From the human T2T-CHM13v2.0 reference genome, Homo sapiens, in NCBI RefSeq assembly GCF_009914755.1, contig NC_060933.1: a stretch of 64,000 nucleotides of DNA; one strand, written 5' to 3'. How positions within the stretch are numbered: the first letter of the stretch is position 1; the number at the start of each line of letters is the position of its first letter. Positions 38,500-55,465 of this stretch are shown here, piece after piece. The translations under genes were made by a program, and so were the position numbers. The notes below the pieces were generated by a model, which was given only the letters and a program-made list of their open reading frames with translations, was not told the origin of the DNA and made no database searches.

Positions 38500-38735
38500 T
38501 CTTGGAAGTGGAAACTACATGATGAGGACACGTGGACACAGAGAGAAGAACTACAGACAGTGGGGTCCACCCAATGGTGGAGAGTGGGAGGAGGAAGAGG
38601 AGCAGAGAAAAATAAATACTGGGTACGAGGCTTAGAATCTGGGTCACAAAACAATTTGTACAACAAACCCGCATGACATGAGTTTACCTGTATAACAAAC
38701 CTACACATGTACCTCTGAACCTAAAATAAAAGTTT
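38500..38735 (+). mobile_element. L1PA/PB 3'UTR fragment
   Basis: ...TTTACCTGTATAACAAACCTACACATGTACC.CTGAAC.TAAAATAAAAGTT. Confidence 0.85.
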
Positions 38736-38776
38736 TTGTTTTTGTTTTTGTTTTTTTAAAAGAAAGAAACTTTACA

Positions 38777-39071
38777 GGCTGGGCATGGTGACTCACGCCT
38801 GTAATCCCAGCATTTTGGGAGGCCAAGGCTGGCGGATCACTTGAGGTCAGGAGTTCAAGACCATCCTGGCCAACATGGCAAAACCCCATCTCTACTAAAA
38901 ATACAAAGAAGAGCCAGGCATGGTGGTGCACACCTGTAATCCCAGCTACTGGGGAGGCTGGGGTAGGAGAATCACTTGAACCAGGGAGTGGGAGGTTGCA
39001 GTAAGCTGAGATGGCACCACTTCACTCCAGCCTGGGTGACAGAGTGAGACTTTGTCTCAAAAAGAAAAAAA
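38777..39071 (+). mobile_element. AluS
   Basis: Sense dimer. Confidence 0.93.
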
Positions 39072-40599
39072 CTTTCCAGTTGTACACATAAACAGGCACC
39101 CATATGAGCATGCATGTACATACATGCCAATTTTGCCAATAAATTATGTACAGTGTAGTTATACATATGAAAAACAAATCTGCTCTTCCTCCCAGTTTCT
39201 TCTTGATTGCACTTGCATTCCTTGTCTTCCTCTCTTCACCTGACTATGCTGTTACCTTAGGCCTTTTCTATCCTTTCCCTCTCTGTTTTATGGCTCTGCT
39301 CACTTCGTTGTGGCTTAGTGGAACTGAAGGAGGCCTTGGGGCTGGTGGAGCTGGGTATGCCAGCCCTGAGGGCTGTGTCTTCAGCCAGATCATTTAATCT
39401 CTGCTCCTCAGTTTACTCATCCATAGGAAAAGCTAACATTTTTCAGGTGCTTACTCAGGCCAGGCATGTTACATATATTAGTTCATTTAATCCTCACAGT
39501 AACACTACGAGGTTGGTAACGTTAGCCCCACATGCACACACTGAGGTACAGAAAAATTAAATCACCTCCCCAGGATACACAATGACAGTAGCTCCTCTAC
39601 TTTTTCCAGTCTTGTGGCTTCAGAGTCTGTCCTTTTAGCACTATGCTATGCTGTTTCTTTGGGGAAGACAAAAAAGCCTCAAACTGAATTCCACATACCT
39701 GTGTAACAGTACTCTTTTGTTGATTAGAGATAACATGGGAGGTGGAGGTTGGACATACAGAATGCCTGGCACATAGTAGGTGTAGCTGTCATCAAACTCC
39801 TCTAATGAGTGTCACCCTAAGCTTCCTCCGCACAGCTCCATTAACTCTGGCAAGTGTGTCTGCCTCCATAGCCCACAGGGATCTTAGTTTGAGCAGCTGT
39901 CTTCTTTCTCAGCCATTGCTGCTCCCTCTTCAGCCATTCTGCTCACTGTGCCACCTCCCCCTCTCCATCTCACCTTCCCTGCTTTCTGGATGTTTCTGGC
40001 ATCAGCTTCCATTTTTCAGAACCCGTCTCCTCCCACCACCCAACTTGAGGTCCTCAGTTCTCTCAGCCAGACCATTTCTCTAACCTCCGCGTGGCTCCAT
40101 TGGCCTCCAGTCTCTCCCCACACAAATTTGGCTGACAGGCAGTTGTCAGATTAATGGTCCTGGATGTGACTCCTTGATCTTGGACCTTGATTTTTCTCTC
40201 TGGCAGTGTCCCCTGCCCAATACTCTGTTCTTGAGTCAAAATGGACTAGTTACTAGAGTCTCCAAACACACCTTGAGTTTTACCTCTGCTGAGATGCCCT
40301 TCCTGGACCAGTCTCCCACCTTAAGATCAAGTTCCAATGCCACCTCCTCCCGCAGCCTTCCCTGGGAGTCTCAAGTGCACGTGGACTTCCTCTCCCTTGC
40401 ATTTTCCACTGGGTGTGTGTTGCAGGAGGTAGGTGATCAGCGTGCATGGTCTTTTACACCTCTATCTGATTTACAAGGTCTTACACAGGCTTGGGCCTCA
40501 ATATTTGTTAAAAATATAAATGTGTAAATGGGAAAAACTGAAGTCCAGAAAGAGTCACTGACAAAATCAATAAATCAGGTAGTTGAGAGATGGCGTTAC

Positions 40600-40845
40600 A
40601 TAAAAATGTAGTTAGCCATATTGCCTGAGTTTAAGCCAACTCTAGCGTTTATTAGCTGCTGTGACCCGGGGCAAGTAACTTAACCTTTGTGTGCCTCAGT
40701 TTTCTCAGCAGCAATGTGGGAATAGTAATAGTACTTATCTCATAGGATGGTCATGAGGATTAAGTGAATTAATATTTATAAAATGTGTGAAATGATACTT
40801 AATACATTGTAAGCACTCAAATGTGAGCTGGTGTTGTTTTTTATT
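40600..40845 (+). mobile_element. MIR
   Basis: GGGCAAGTAACTTAACCTTTGTGTGCCTCAGTTT...GAGGATTAAGTGA. Confidence 0.8.
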
Positions 40846-42377
40846 AATGGCAGGATCAGAATTAGAATCAAGAACCCTTGACTTCCAGTCCAGTGCTCTT
40901 TCTCCCAGGCTGCATGTCTTGGCACTGTGTAGCTACCTGCCACCCAATGCTCTCTGTTTCCTCAGTGTCCTTACTCTTTGTTCAACTTCCCCACTCCATG
41001 CAAAAAAAGATGCATGCGCACAATATGTTTGCATGTGCATATACAATGAAGTCAATAGGTAAATACTGCTTTTTCCATTTAAGGCAGTCTAGAACTTTGA
41101 TGATGCTATGTGGTCTTCAGGCAAAAAAGAAAGAAAGTAAGGGATCTTCTGTCACTCACAGTGCAGGGTAAACCTCTACTAAGAAAAGAGACAGCTACGG
41201 AATCTTTCATATCTTCTCTAGTTCCAAGATGCTTCCACTAGCAGTTTCTGAAAAGCCACCATGAGAGGTTCAGAACTCACATGAAAAAGAACACTGATTT
41301 TTCTGGAGCCAGGCAGAACTGGGTTTAGATTTCAGCTTTCTCGTTCATTAGCTCTGGGATTTTGGGCAAGTTCCTTTAACCTCTGTCCCTGAGCCTTCAT
41401 AGGGCTGTAGGGAGAATGGATGAACCAATCTGCAAAAGGCATTAAGCTCAGGGCCGGGCACCCAGCGAACCCTGCTGTTAGCTCTATTCCTTTGGGATGA
41501 ATAGTGCTGGAACTCTCAGGGATTCAGAGCTGCTGAGGGTGAAAATGGGAAGCCCTGAAAGCCAGTTTGCCAAGACCATAGCTTGTGAAGCCATTCTATA
41601 GCTACTGAAGAAATATTTCCTCTCTTCCCTTGTGGTCCTTCCACTCTCTCCTGCTCTTCTGTGTACTGACTCAACCAGAGTGTCTTTTCTCAGAGATACA
41701 ACTCCCACCAAAGAGAAGAGAAAGAGTCTAATTTTGGATCTCAGTTAATTTGGGAAGTGGCCTTTCTCACACTTAAAATCATGTGTCCTAGATGCATTTC
41801 CTAGTGGAAGAAACAAATCTCGTCATCTTGTCAGTCTGTAGTGCACTTTTCAAGCTGACCCAACATGATGTTGAGAGGACAAGTGATCATGCCTATCTCC
41901 TACACAAGAAGCCTGAGACTGAATGGTTTGCCGGGAGACTCTGGGGTCCTTATTGTTAGTATTTCAAGGCCTGCTCACTCAGTCCATGTTCTAAAACTCT
42001 ATATGCAATGACAATTTTCTGTATGCTCTCCACTTAATAATAAGTTTAAAGTTTTATTTTTAAATAAAATGAACCTCTATTTTTTAAAGCCTTTAAATTG
42101 ATTCAAACCCTTCTAAAACAGAGTTAATTCCTAAACTTCACCCTCTGCCGCCTACATGCCTTAGAAATAGAGTTTTCCATGGAAAACTCTTTTCATGGAA
42201 GACATACACTCAGAACACCTCACTTTGTGTGGCTACATTCTCATGAACTTTCCTGCAAAACACAGTGGGGACTGGAGACAACCTCCCTGGGTCTTTTGGG
42301 GCCAGCCTCTCTTGAGATACTGCTCTTAACCAAACCCAAGAGGGAGGTTCCTGGAAGGAGAAAGAGTGACTTGGGCC

Positions 42378-42393
42378 GTCAGTAGGTGGCGCC
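42378..42393 (+). promoter_or_regulatory. CTCF motif
   Basis: GTCAGTAGGTGGCGCC matches the CCASYAGRKGGCRS consensus; CpGs are retained locally. Confidence 0.65.
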
Positions 42394-43019
42394 CGTTCCC
42401 CAGCATTAGCCCTGACCCTAGCTCAGCGGTACCAGGACATGTTCTTCCAGGTATGGGGTTCTAGAATGCAGGCCTCTTAGAGCAGATATCTCGTATTACC
42501 TCTTGGGATGCTGTTGCCCTGAAACACCAAGTTGTTCACAAAACTCTGCTACTCTAAATTTTAGAAAGGAAGCAGGATATTACATATTGTATTTTTAAAA
42601 GAAAACACATTTTTATCTGGGATGATCACAATGGAAATTTTAAATACATGCATATCTATGTATGTATGTATATGCTATTCCCCTTTATGAAGCATACATC
42701 ACACCAACACACCTCTCCTAATGCCACTGTCAGTCTATCCTCAACAAAAAAGATTTCTCCACCTTTTTCTGGTTTTGGAAGAGAGGTTAGGATTCCTACA
42801 AGCTAAATTGTAAAGAATAATCATTAAACTCATCTAGCTACCTTTGCAAATCCAGTGACTGCTCACATAACCCCTTCACAGATTCTCCCATAAGGTCCCA
42901 CAACTTGTTTTGCATTTAAAATACATCTTCATTTTTTGTGGGTCCTTAACTGGACTGACTTTATTGCAAGTCAACAGATATTTTAGCAGCTCCTACTACT
43001 TGCTAGGGACAGAGTAGTA

Positions 43020-43613
43020 CAGCAGGTCCTTAAATATCATCATTTCATTCAACATCATTTTGTGATAACATTGATGAGAAAAACAAAATCAGTTCCTGGC
43101 CAGATCCACTGTGTGGAGTGTACATGTTCTCTACATGTCTATGTGGGTTTTCTCTGGGTACTCCGGTTTCCACCCATACCCCAAAGTGTGCATGCTAGGT
43201 GAATCAGCATGTCTAAATGGTCCCAGTGTGAGTAAGCGTAGGCATGTGTGTGAGTGTGCCCTGAGATGGGACGGCAGCCTGCCCAGAGTTGGTTCCTGCC
43301 TTGCCCCCTGAGCTGCTGGGATAGGCTTCGACCATCTGCAACCCTGAACTGGAATAAGCAGGTACATAATTATCTTAGTTATTTTTATTAATCTTTTAAA
43401 AATGTAGGCATAGCTCAAATTTATTTCAGTGTTTAATACGAGAAGTGTTTGTGATCTTTATTTAGAAGTTTTTGTGACCAGAAAAACCATCATAGGAACT
43501 TAATTCTTGTTTATATCCATTAGCCGTTGGTAAAATTGGTTTTTTAATATGTTGTTTTGCTTAAAGTCACAGTGTCTAAGAACCTATTGACAATGTTAAG
43601 TGAAGACTTGCTG
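43020..43613 (+). mobile_element. MER6A-like Tigger (Tc1/mariner) non-autonomous element
   Basis: TIRs CAGCAGGTCCT.../...GAAGACTTGCTG, left TA target site, about 594 bp, internal GTGGGTTTTCTCTGGGTACTCCGGTTTCC block. Confidence 0.75.
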
Positions 43614-44559
43614 TCCCTTCAAGGAGATTAATCTAGTTGAAAGATGAGGATGCTTGAGCAGGGCACTTAGAGTAAAGAAAAGATGGTCTTTGATATCATA
43701 TTGGCTAAGAAAAAGAAATAATGTATTCAGTGCCTTTCGACTGCAAGGTTAAGCTCAAAATATATTCTTGCATACTTTAAGTACCGGTCTTTACATCAGA
43801 AATGAGGTGGAGATCAAGTTCTCTTGTACTTAGCCTGTGACCCAAGCTGCCATCATGAATCCTTAGCACAGCCTTTCCTTACCCATGCACTGGCTTCTCA
43901 GTGAAATCTTCCAGAGAGTTTTTTACAGTACTGATGCCTACCCTAAAGATTCCGATTTAATCACTGTGGGATGCAGCCTCCACACACATTTCCCGAGACA
44001 TTCTTCTTGCAGCCACACTTGAGAACCACTGCTTTAAAGGCATTTGTAATTGGTATGTCTTTAGGAAGCAGATGTCTTTTTAAAAATATCAGTCTAAAGA
44101 AGACACAAAATCCCTATGAAATAACAATGGCAAAAAATGCTAAAGTGAGTATAAAACATTTTAGATTACGTATTGCTTAAGATTATTCATCCTTTTATAT
44201 GATACCTATTTTCATTAGTCATAGATTCTAAATGTATCTTTTTTAAAAATCAGCAGGTTGATCACAAAGGTGGTCTACAGAAAAAATTAAGAGAAAGAAA
44301 ATGAGCAGGCATTATTCAAGTTCCTATTATGTGAAACATTCATGAAGCTCAGAATTTATTTATTGTTCATTTTGTCTGGGACCTAAAGAATTCAAACCAT
44401 TGAGAGTGAATGAAGTAGCACATGTAAAAGAGTACTCTGTAAACTTTAAGCTGCCAAGCAGATGGAAGTTATTATCAATAACCTTCTTCAGCCTTACTCA
44501 AGCCAAGGGAATTGTTCCTTGTATGATTGATGATAAATAATATTAAAAAAGCACATCTA

Positions 44560-46392
<1,833 letters not shown>

Positions 46393-46574
46393 TAAAATGT
46401 TATCACAAAATTTCTACCCCAATAACGTTATTGAAATATACTTGATCAGTAATATGAGTAAACTAATATTAATGAATGATTTAGAACCAGAATTCTAATC
46501 TGTCTATGCATGGCTCACAGATTTGTTTTGTTCGGCCTATAGAATTGGTCCTTACAGTAGGTTAGTAGAGGGGG

Positions 46575-46575
<1 letters not shown>

Positions 46576-46611
<36 letters not shown>

Positions 46612-46615
46612 CACA
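46576..46615. repeat. (TG)15(CG)n alternating purine-pyrimidine tract
   Basis: Read directly. Confidence 0.95.
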
Positions 46616-47718
46616 AGAGTCAAATTAGTTGCTAAGTAAGAAACATAAAAATCATGATTTTCAGCTTCTTTTGAAAAATCAAAAGCTGGCAACATTTGAC
46701 TTCCCAATGGGCGTATCTGAGTCACAGCCACCCCACTTTTGACATGTCATGTTTTTTATAGGTCAACAAATTCCCTTCCATTCTGAATGTCTCTGAATGT
46801 CTCCCTGACCCTGCATGCTTCATTCACTCCAGTTGCCTGACTAGCCCCTAAAAGAATTTGAGTTTGTGAGCTGACTTTTGGATAATAAAGAATAAACAGG
46901 AAAGTAAGACCATCACCTCTGGAAGGGAGTTGAGAAGGAGGTGGGACTGAAAAGGCATCTTCAGTTCACCATGCCTCAAACTGAACTCTTACTTTCCCCT
47001 TCCTGACCCATCCCCACTTTATTGCCAAGCCAGAAACTTAGGGATTTATCCTTCACACCTTTCTCTCTGTCAATACATCTATCAAATCTATTTCTAAATT
47101 CTGTAGATTTTACTTCTTAAATATTCTCAAATCTGTCTGTTTCTCTCTATTTCCAACACAAAACCCATCATCATCACCAGCACTACCAATACCACCATTA
47201 CCACCTACACCATCACCATCATTACTGTTGCCACCATCACTACCTCCATCATCACCACCGCCATCACCACATCACCACTACTACTATCTCTACTATCACT
47301 GCCAGCACCCCGGGAACCATCACCATCATTATCACTGCTATTGGTTTCAGCACCATCACCACACTATTCCAAGCACCCAACATTGTATTATGTCTTAAGA
47401 AGGCTTCCTAAGCGGTCCATCCATATTCATTCTGGTCTCTCTTCAATCTGATCATTACACTGAAGGCAGGTAAGTTTTTTCAAAATGCAAGTTTTGAAAG
47501 TCTGTCTCCTGCTTGAGCATTTTTCAATGGCTCCCACAGCTCTCGAGATACAAAGAACGTTGCTTGAGAAGGCTGTAAGTCTCTGCTTGGTCTAGACCCC
47601 AGCCATTTCTGCAGCCTTATTTCATACCTTTCCCTCCTCTGCTCTTCTATTCCAGTCATCCTGCTAATTTTTAAGTCCCCAATACTCAGCATGGTCTCCG
47701 CTTTTTTTAAAATCTCAA

Positions 47719-48070
<352 letters not shown>

Positions 48071-48228
48071 TTAATCATAATCCTTGGTATATGTTATGCT
48101 ATTAAATTACCCAGTGCATGGTCTTCTCTATTTACGTAATTAAAATAAGAAAATGAACATTTCAGAACTCCCCACCCACCCACCCCAGTATCGAGAGCAT
48201 TACCAATAACTTACATGTCTCTTTGTGA

Positions 48229-49891
<1,663 letters not shown>

Positions 49892-51301
49892 TTTTATCAC
49901 ATATATTTATATATGTAAACAACATATTGTTCCCTTTTCCTTGCTTTTAAATTTCATAAGAAGAGTGTTATGCTGTGTATAGTCTCTAGAACTTGCTTTT
50001 TTCCACCCAATGTTATGTTGTCTGTATTCGTCCATGTAGCTGTGTGTAGCAGGGATTCATTCATTTATATTACTGTGTAATATTCCATTATGTGAATGCC
50101 TTCCTGCCTGCAATGCTTTCTGTCTTCTTCACCTATTTAACTCCTACTTACCTCTCAGATCTCAGCTCAGGCATCATTTCCTCAGGAGATATTTTCTGAC
50201 CTTCATAACTAGGTCAGACCCCCTTATTTATTATAGACCTTCAAAGCATCATGTATGTCTCCTCTGTGGTCATTACCACCATAGCAGCCTCACATCTGCA
50301 TGATTGGGATCTGTCTTCTCCACTTGACTGGAAGCTCCTTAAAGGCAGAACCATGTCTATGTTTGATTGCTATTAAATCCTCAGCCTAAAGCACATCATA
50401 GGGGCGCAGCAGAAGTTGCTGTTTGAATGAATCATGAAAAGAAGCATTTATCTCTACTATTCAGTACATCTAACTAAACATATTAAGAAATAAGTAACTG
50501 AAACCACTTTCTCTGCATGACTTTGTTATATTTTTAGCACCATCGTCATTCTTTCATTTACTCAGTTTCAAAAATTTTGATATTAGGTCTGTTTCTGGTC
50601 TTTTTGGGACCCTTCACATCTGTTCATTTACTCACCTTCGTTAACTCTTCTTTGAAAATGGTGCTTGTCTCAATATGCCATCTCAACCCTATGTAACTCC
50701 TGCACACATAACTCATATTTAGAAAAGCTGCACTCTGTGTTCCCTAAACTGTGCATAATAATTTCCCATCACTTTATCTTTATTTATGCTGTGCCCTCTT
50801 CTGAAAATGGGCTACATAAAACTTGGTGTTTTTATTTTAAAGATCACTTCATAGTGAGGCTGAGAGCTTAGGATGCTGACTTTTCCTATAGGCAGAGGAT
50901 GTGGAGTTGTGACCCTTGCCACTTATTTTCAATGTCATCTTAGATAAGTTACTTAACTTCTTTCAACCTCAGTATTTTCATCAGTAAAATGGTATTAATA
51001 ATAACATCTGCCCTAGACACCTCACGGGATTGTTTTGAGAACCATATGAGATAAAACAGGTGAAAAGTTCTTTGTCAACTATAAGAGACAATACACATTA
51101 GTTACATTATGGTAGTTATTATTATGATTCGTATTCTTCCTTGATGATTTCAAACTCTTTCTCTTCCTTTTGCACATAAGTTTGGCAGCAGATTTAGATT
51201 CTGAAATATCTTCTCAAAAAGAGACTGAGGTCAATCTGAACACATAGTCCAGGATTCAAATAAATCACTAAGAAAAATGCAAGGAAGCGGGAAGCCTGCC
51301 A

Positions 51302-51312
51302 ATGACTCAGCA
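51302..51312 (+). promoter_or_regulatory. NRF2/sMAF antioxidant response element
   Basis: ATGACTCAGCA is a perfect match to RTGACTCAGCA. Confidence 0.5.
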
Positions 51313-52374
51313 AGCACCATTTTCTGTAAATCACTTGATTTGCTTTGTACCATTTTCTGTAAGTCATTTCATTTGTTTTGGCTCTGAGTGACTTGTTTCA
51401 AGTTTCCAAAAATAAAATAAAATAATCACTTCAATCATCAATTTCTCTTACCTTGCTTTAAAACCTAAAAGTTATACCCCTACAACCTTAGGTAGTATCT
51501 TTACGTGCTAAATAGCAGTTAACATTTACTGAGAACTTACTGTGTGCTAGGTAATATGTCAAATAGTTCCATTTAATCCTCAACAACGGCCTGGTGCTGT
51601 AGGTACTATTTTTGTCCACAGTTAATTGCTGAGACCACAGAATCACTCAGAAATTAAATAATTTGTCCAGGCCACACAGCTGGTAAGTCCTCAAACTGGG
51701 ACCTGAACCCAACTGGTATGTCTATAAAGCCCATAGCTACACCACCCTCTCTATACTTGAATGCATAAATGTGAGTTTTCCAAGCTGCAAATACAATCAC
51801 ATTTTTTCTCCTGTATGTTTTACATTTGAGGCTAGCACAGGACCTATTCTGGGGCTGTTTATGTCTTCTTGATGAGTGACAAGTTCCCCTTGAAACCACT
51901 TAAAAAGGGTAGAGTACCCCTTAATGTGGTGACTAGAACCCTGAAAATGTGCTAGGGCATAATGTTTGGACAAACATGAAAGAAAGAAAGGTTTAAGGAA
52001 CAACATACAGTTCATCTTTAAATCAGCATTTGTGACAGACTTTCAGAGCCCACTGAAATTTTTCACTAAGCCCACTTCCCTCAAAACCATCCCTACTTCA
52101 CCTTCCAGTTGCTCTCGATTCTCCTATGATTCTTTCCTTTCCTGCAAAATATCCACATTTCTACTAATAACCTCCAGGATGCCTTTTCTACTTTCTTTTA
52201 ACCTTCATTAGCACTGGAACCAGACAAGATACACTTAGGATTCACTTCCACCTAGAGTTTGAGCCAAAATCAACTCTCTTTTTTTTGAGATAAATATGTT
52301 TGTTTTTATTTTTTTCATCTATCAAAGTAATCTTGTTCATGATGTGAAGCTTGAGAAATAAAGGATAAAAAGAT

Positions 52375-53312
52375 ACATGAAATCAACCTAGATGCCCATC
52401 AATGATAGACTGGATAAAGAAAATGTGGTACATATACACCATGTAATATTATGCAGCCATGAAAAGGAATGAGATCATGTCCTTTGCTGGGACATGGATC
52501 GAGCTGGAAGCCATTATCCTCAGCAAACTAACACAAGAACAGAGAAACAAACACCACCTGTTCTCACTTATAAGTGGGAGCTGAATGATGATGAGAACAC
52601 AAGTACACACTGTGGGGAACAACACACACTGGGGCCTGTCGGGGGTGGCAGGGAGGTAGAGCCTCAGGAAGAACAGCTAATGGACGCTGGGCTTACTTCC
52701 TAGGTGATGGGTTGATCTGTGCATCGAACCACCGTGGCACACATTTACCTATGTAACAAACCTGCACATCCTGCACGTGTACCCGGGAACTTAAAATAAA
52801 AGTTGAAGAAAAAATAGTCTGTTGAAGAAAAATATATACACCAATGTTCACAGCAGCATCATTCACAACAGTGAAAAAGGTAGAAACAATCTAAATGTCC
52901 ATCAGTGGATAAATGGATAAACAAAATGTGGTATATACATACAATGGAATATTATTCAGCCTTCAAAAGCAAGGAAATGCGGACACATGCTACAACATGG
53001 ACACATCTCGAAAACATTATGCTAAGTGAAATAGTCACAAAAAAATACTGTGAGATTCCACTTACATGAAGTATTTACAGTAGTAAAATTCATAGAGACA
53101 GAAAGTGGAGTAGTGTTTACCAGGGGGAGGGAGGAATGGGGGTTATTTTTTAATAGGTACAGAGTTCCAGTTTAGGATGATGAAAAATGCTGGAGAGCGG
53201 ATGGTGGTAATGACGGCACAACAACGTGAATGTTCTTAACGTCATGAAACTACACACCAAAAAGTAGTTTGAATAGTAAATTTTATGTTTTATATATTTT
53301 ATCACAATAAAA
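52375..53312 (+). mobile_element. L1PB 3' end (52375-52815) followed by L1MB 3' end (52830-53312)
   Basis: Two successive ORF2-end/3'UTR blocks (AAAATGTGGTA.ATA.AC). Confidence 0.8.
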
Positions 53313-53539
53313 ATGGAACCTACAGCAACAGCAAGGACAAAAAAAATGAGAGAGAATTGGAAACATAGGCTGGAAGTGCCTGCGAAGGAGAAAGGTAGGT
53401 TTGGGGCTGGGTTTGGAAGAACAAGTACATAAGGACTGGCATAAGCGTGGAGCATCTTGGCTGTGGGTGCATGTCCTCTCATGCCAGCAAGGTTTTTCCT
53501 TCTCACCACCAAAGGATAAAGTTATTCCTTTAACAACAA

Positions 53540-54215
53540 CACATACTTATTGAGTTGCCTGTGCTGACACTAGGGGTACAGCATAGAGCAAGATACACAG
53601 CTTAGAGTCAGGTGGGGTAGACAGACATGAAACAAGTAATCTCATAAATGGAGGTTACAATGTGATCTGTGTTAAGGAGGTCAGATGAAAAAGTGGGACA
53701 GGAGCTGAGAGAAAGATTGATTGAGAGTTAATGATGCAGTTGGTGTAGAGGTGAGAAGGGAGAGTGTCCAGTGTCCCAGGCAGAGTGAACAGCAGGTTTC
53801 AAGGACCTGAACAAAAAGGCCAGAGCAGTGAGACTGAGAGAGCAGAGGGAGGTGGGCATGGCCAGAGGACAGATGTCAGGGTGTAGGGCCATGTTGTATT
53901 CAGAGCAAAGAGGAGTCATTAGAGTAGGGGAAGAGGGAGGAGAGGAGGATGTGATATTGTGATCCAGTTTGAGCTTTGGAAAGAGGTGTCAAGAGAAATG
54001 TGGGAGATCAGTTAGGAGGGTCCTGCAGTAGTCCAGGTGAAGGAGGGTGGAGGGTGCACTAGGGAAGTCCTGGAGCAGAGGAGACCAGACAGATTCAAGT
54101 GGGATTTAGGGAGTAAAAGGTGAGGATGAATTGAAATGAATTGGGTAGGAAGCATGAGAGAGGAGGAGGAGTCACCAACAATTCTGAGCTCTCTGCTTTG
54201 TGAAGCTGGCCGGAA
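53540..54215 (+). mobile_element. L2 remnant
   Basis: CAGGCAGAG.GAACAGC, GCAGTAGTCCAGGTGA motifs. Confidence 0.6.
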
Positions 54216-54266
54216 AGGACCTTCAGACCCACTGAATAAAGGCCAGTCAGTGCCACCACATCACAC

Positions 54267-54283
54267 AACTCCAGGGGGCGCCA
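54267..54283 (+). promoter_or_regulatory. CTCF motif
   Basis: AACTCCAGGGGGCGCCA contains the core CCAGGGGGCGC. Confidence 0.55.
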
Positions 54284-55204
54284 TCCACTTTGCAGTTAAT
54301 GGGGCTTGAGCCCCTGGAATTTTGCACAAGCAACAGCCTGTGTGGCATGAGCAGTAGCACAGTAGGCAAGAAGTGTCTCCCTGGACCTGGGCCTAACTTC
54401 CTCCTAAATGTCACTCCTCGAGGTGCATCTGAAGGTTGCGATCAGTGACCGGTGTAGCAGAAGCCCAGTGGAATCAAGTTTCTCAGTTGAGCTGTCCAAG
54501 TTAATTCTGCTGAAATTGCATCAAGAGCCTGGGCCTTCAGAAGGCTCTCGGGAAAAAGGAAAGTAGGAAGGCAAAAGCCTCCACATGCACGTGACTCATG
54601 TCGAATGCATGTTCCTGTGTTGTTCACTCTCCCACTCCTCACTGTTATTAGGGCTGGCAGAGCCCAGCACATATGGTCTTCTGGTCACGTGGCCCACTGA
54701 TGGGAAAGCCCTGGATGCTGCTACCCCGGGGATCCAGTGCCAGTAAGTCATGTCCTGTTAGAATCTGCCCCAAGACCCGAGACTGACTAACCCTTTGCAG
54801 CTTCAGAGGGCAGGAACAAGAGAACCATCTCCATGCCTCCTTTAGGGATTTCAAGGTAGCTTGGATCATGCTGTGGCCCCTGAAGAAGAGCTTGGTCACA
54901 GCTCCCCCTGAAGTTCCAGTTGAACAAAACCAGAACCCACTCAACCCACTAACCAGCAGCAGATAGAGGTGTTCATGGCTCAGAGAGTCAGGAAAACAGG
55001 GAGCACTAAGTGGAATCCATGGATGCTCAACACCCCATTCTGCTCCCACCTTTTCACCAGTGTGTACAGGTAAAATGTGGCTCTGCCCTAAACCATAATC
55101 CCCTGACAGATCAGCCCCTCCATAAAGGGGAAATCTAGAGGGGCCAAGCCCAGAATCCCAAGAAAGATAAAGCTCCTGACTTCTGAACCAAATCATGATT
55201 ATGT

Positions 55205-55465
55205 ATGTTAAGAAGCAAGGAAGTCGTCCTGAAGCCAGAGAGCCTGGGCTGGAATCTTGCTCTGCCTCTCTATAGCTTGTGACCTTGGGTGAATTTCTTA
55301 GGCTTTCTGTGCCTCAGTTTTTCCCTGCGTAAAACAGGTATGGACATAATCTCTCTGCCATACCAGGTGTTGCGAGGACTGAAAGCATTATGGCACATGC
55401 AGCATTTAGATCAGTGCCCGGCACGTGACAAGCATCCAATAAATGTTCACTGTTATTACTATTAG
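55205..55465 (+). mobile_element. MIR
   Basis: GTGACCTTGGG...TCTGTGCCTCAGTTT...CAATAAATGTT. Confidence 0.8.

Noticed and set aside
54648-55196. 182-aa minus-strand ORF
   Set aside because: No recognisable homology or gene context; most likely a chance ORF.
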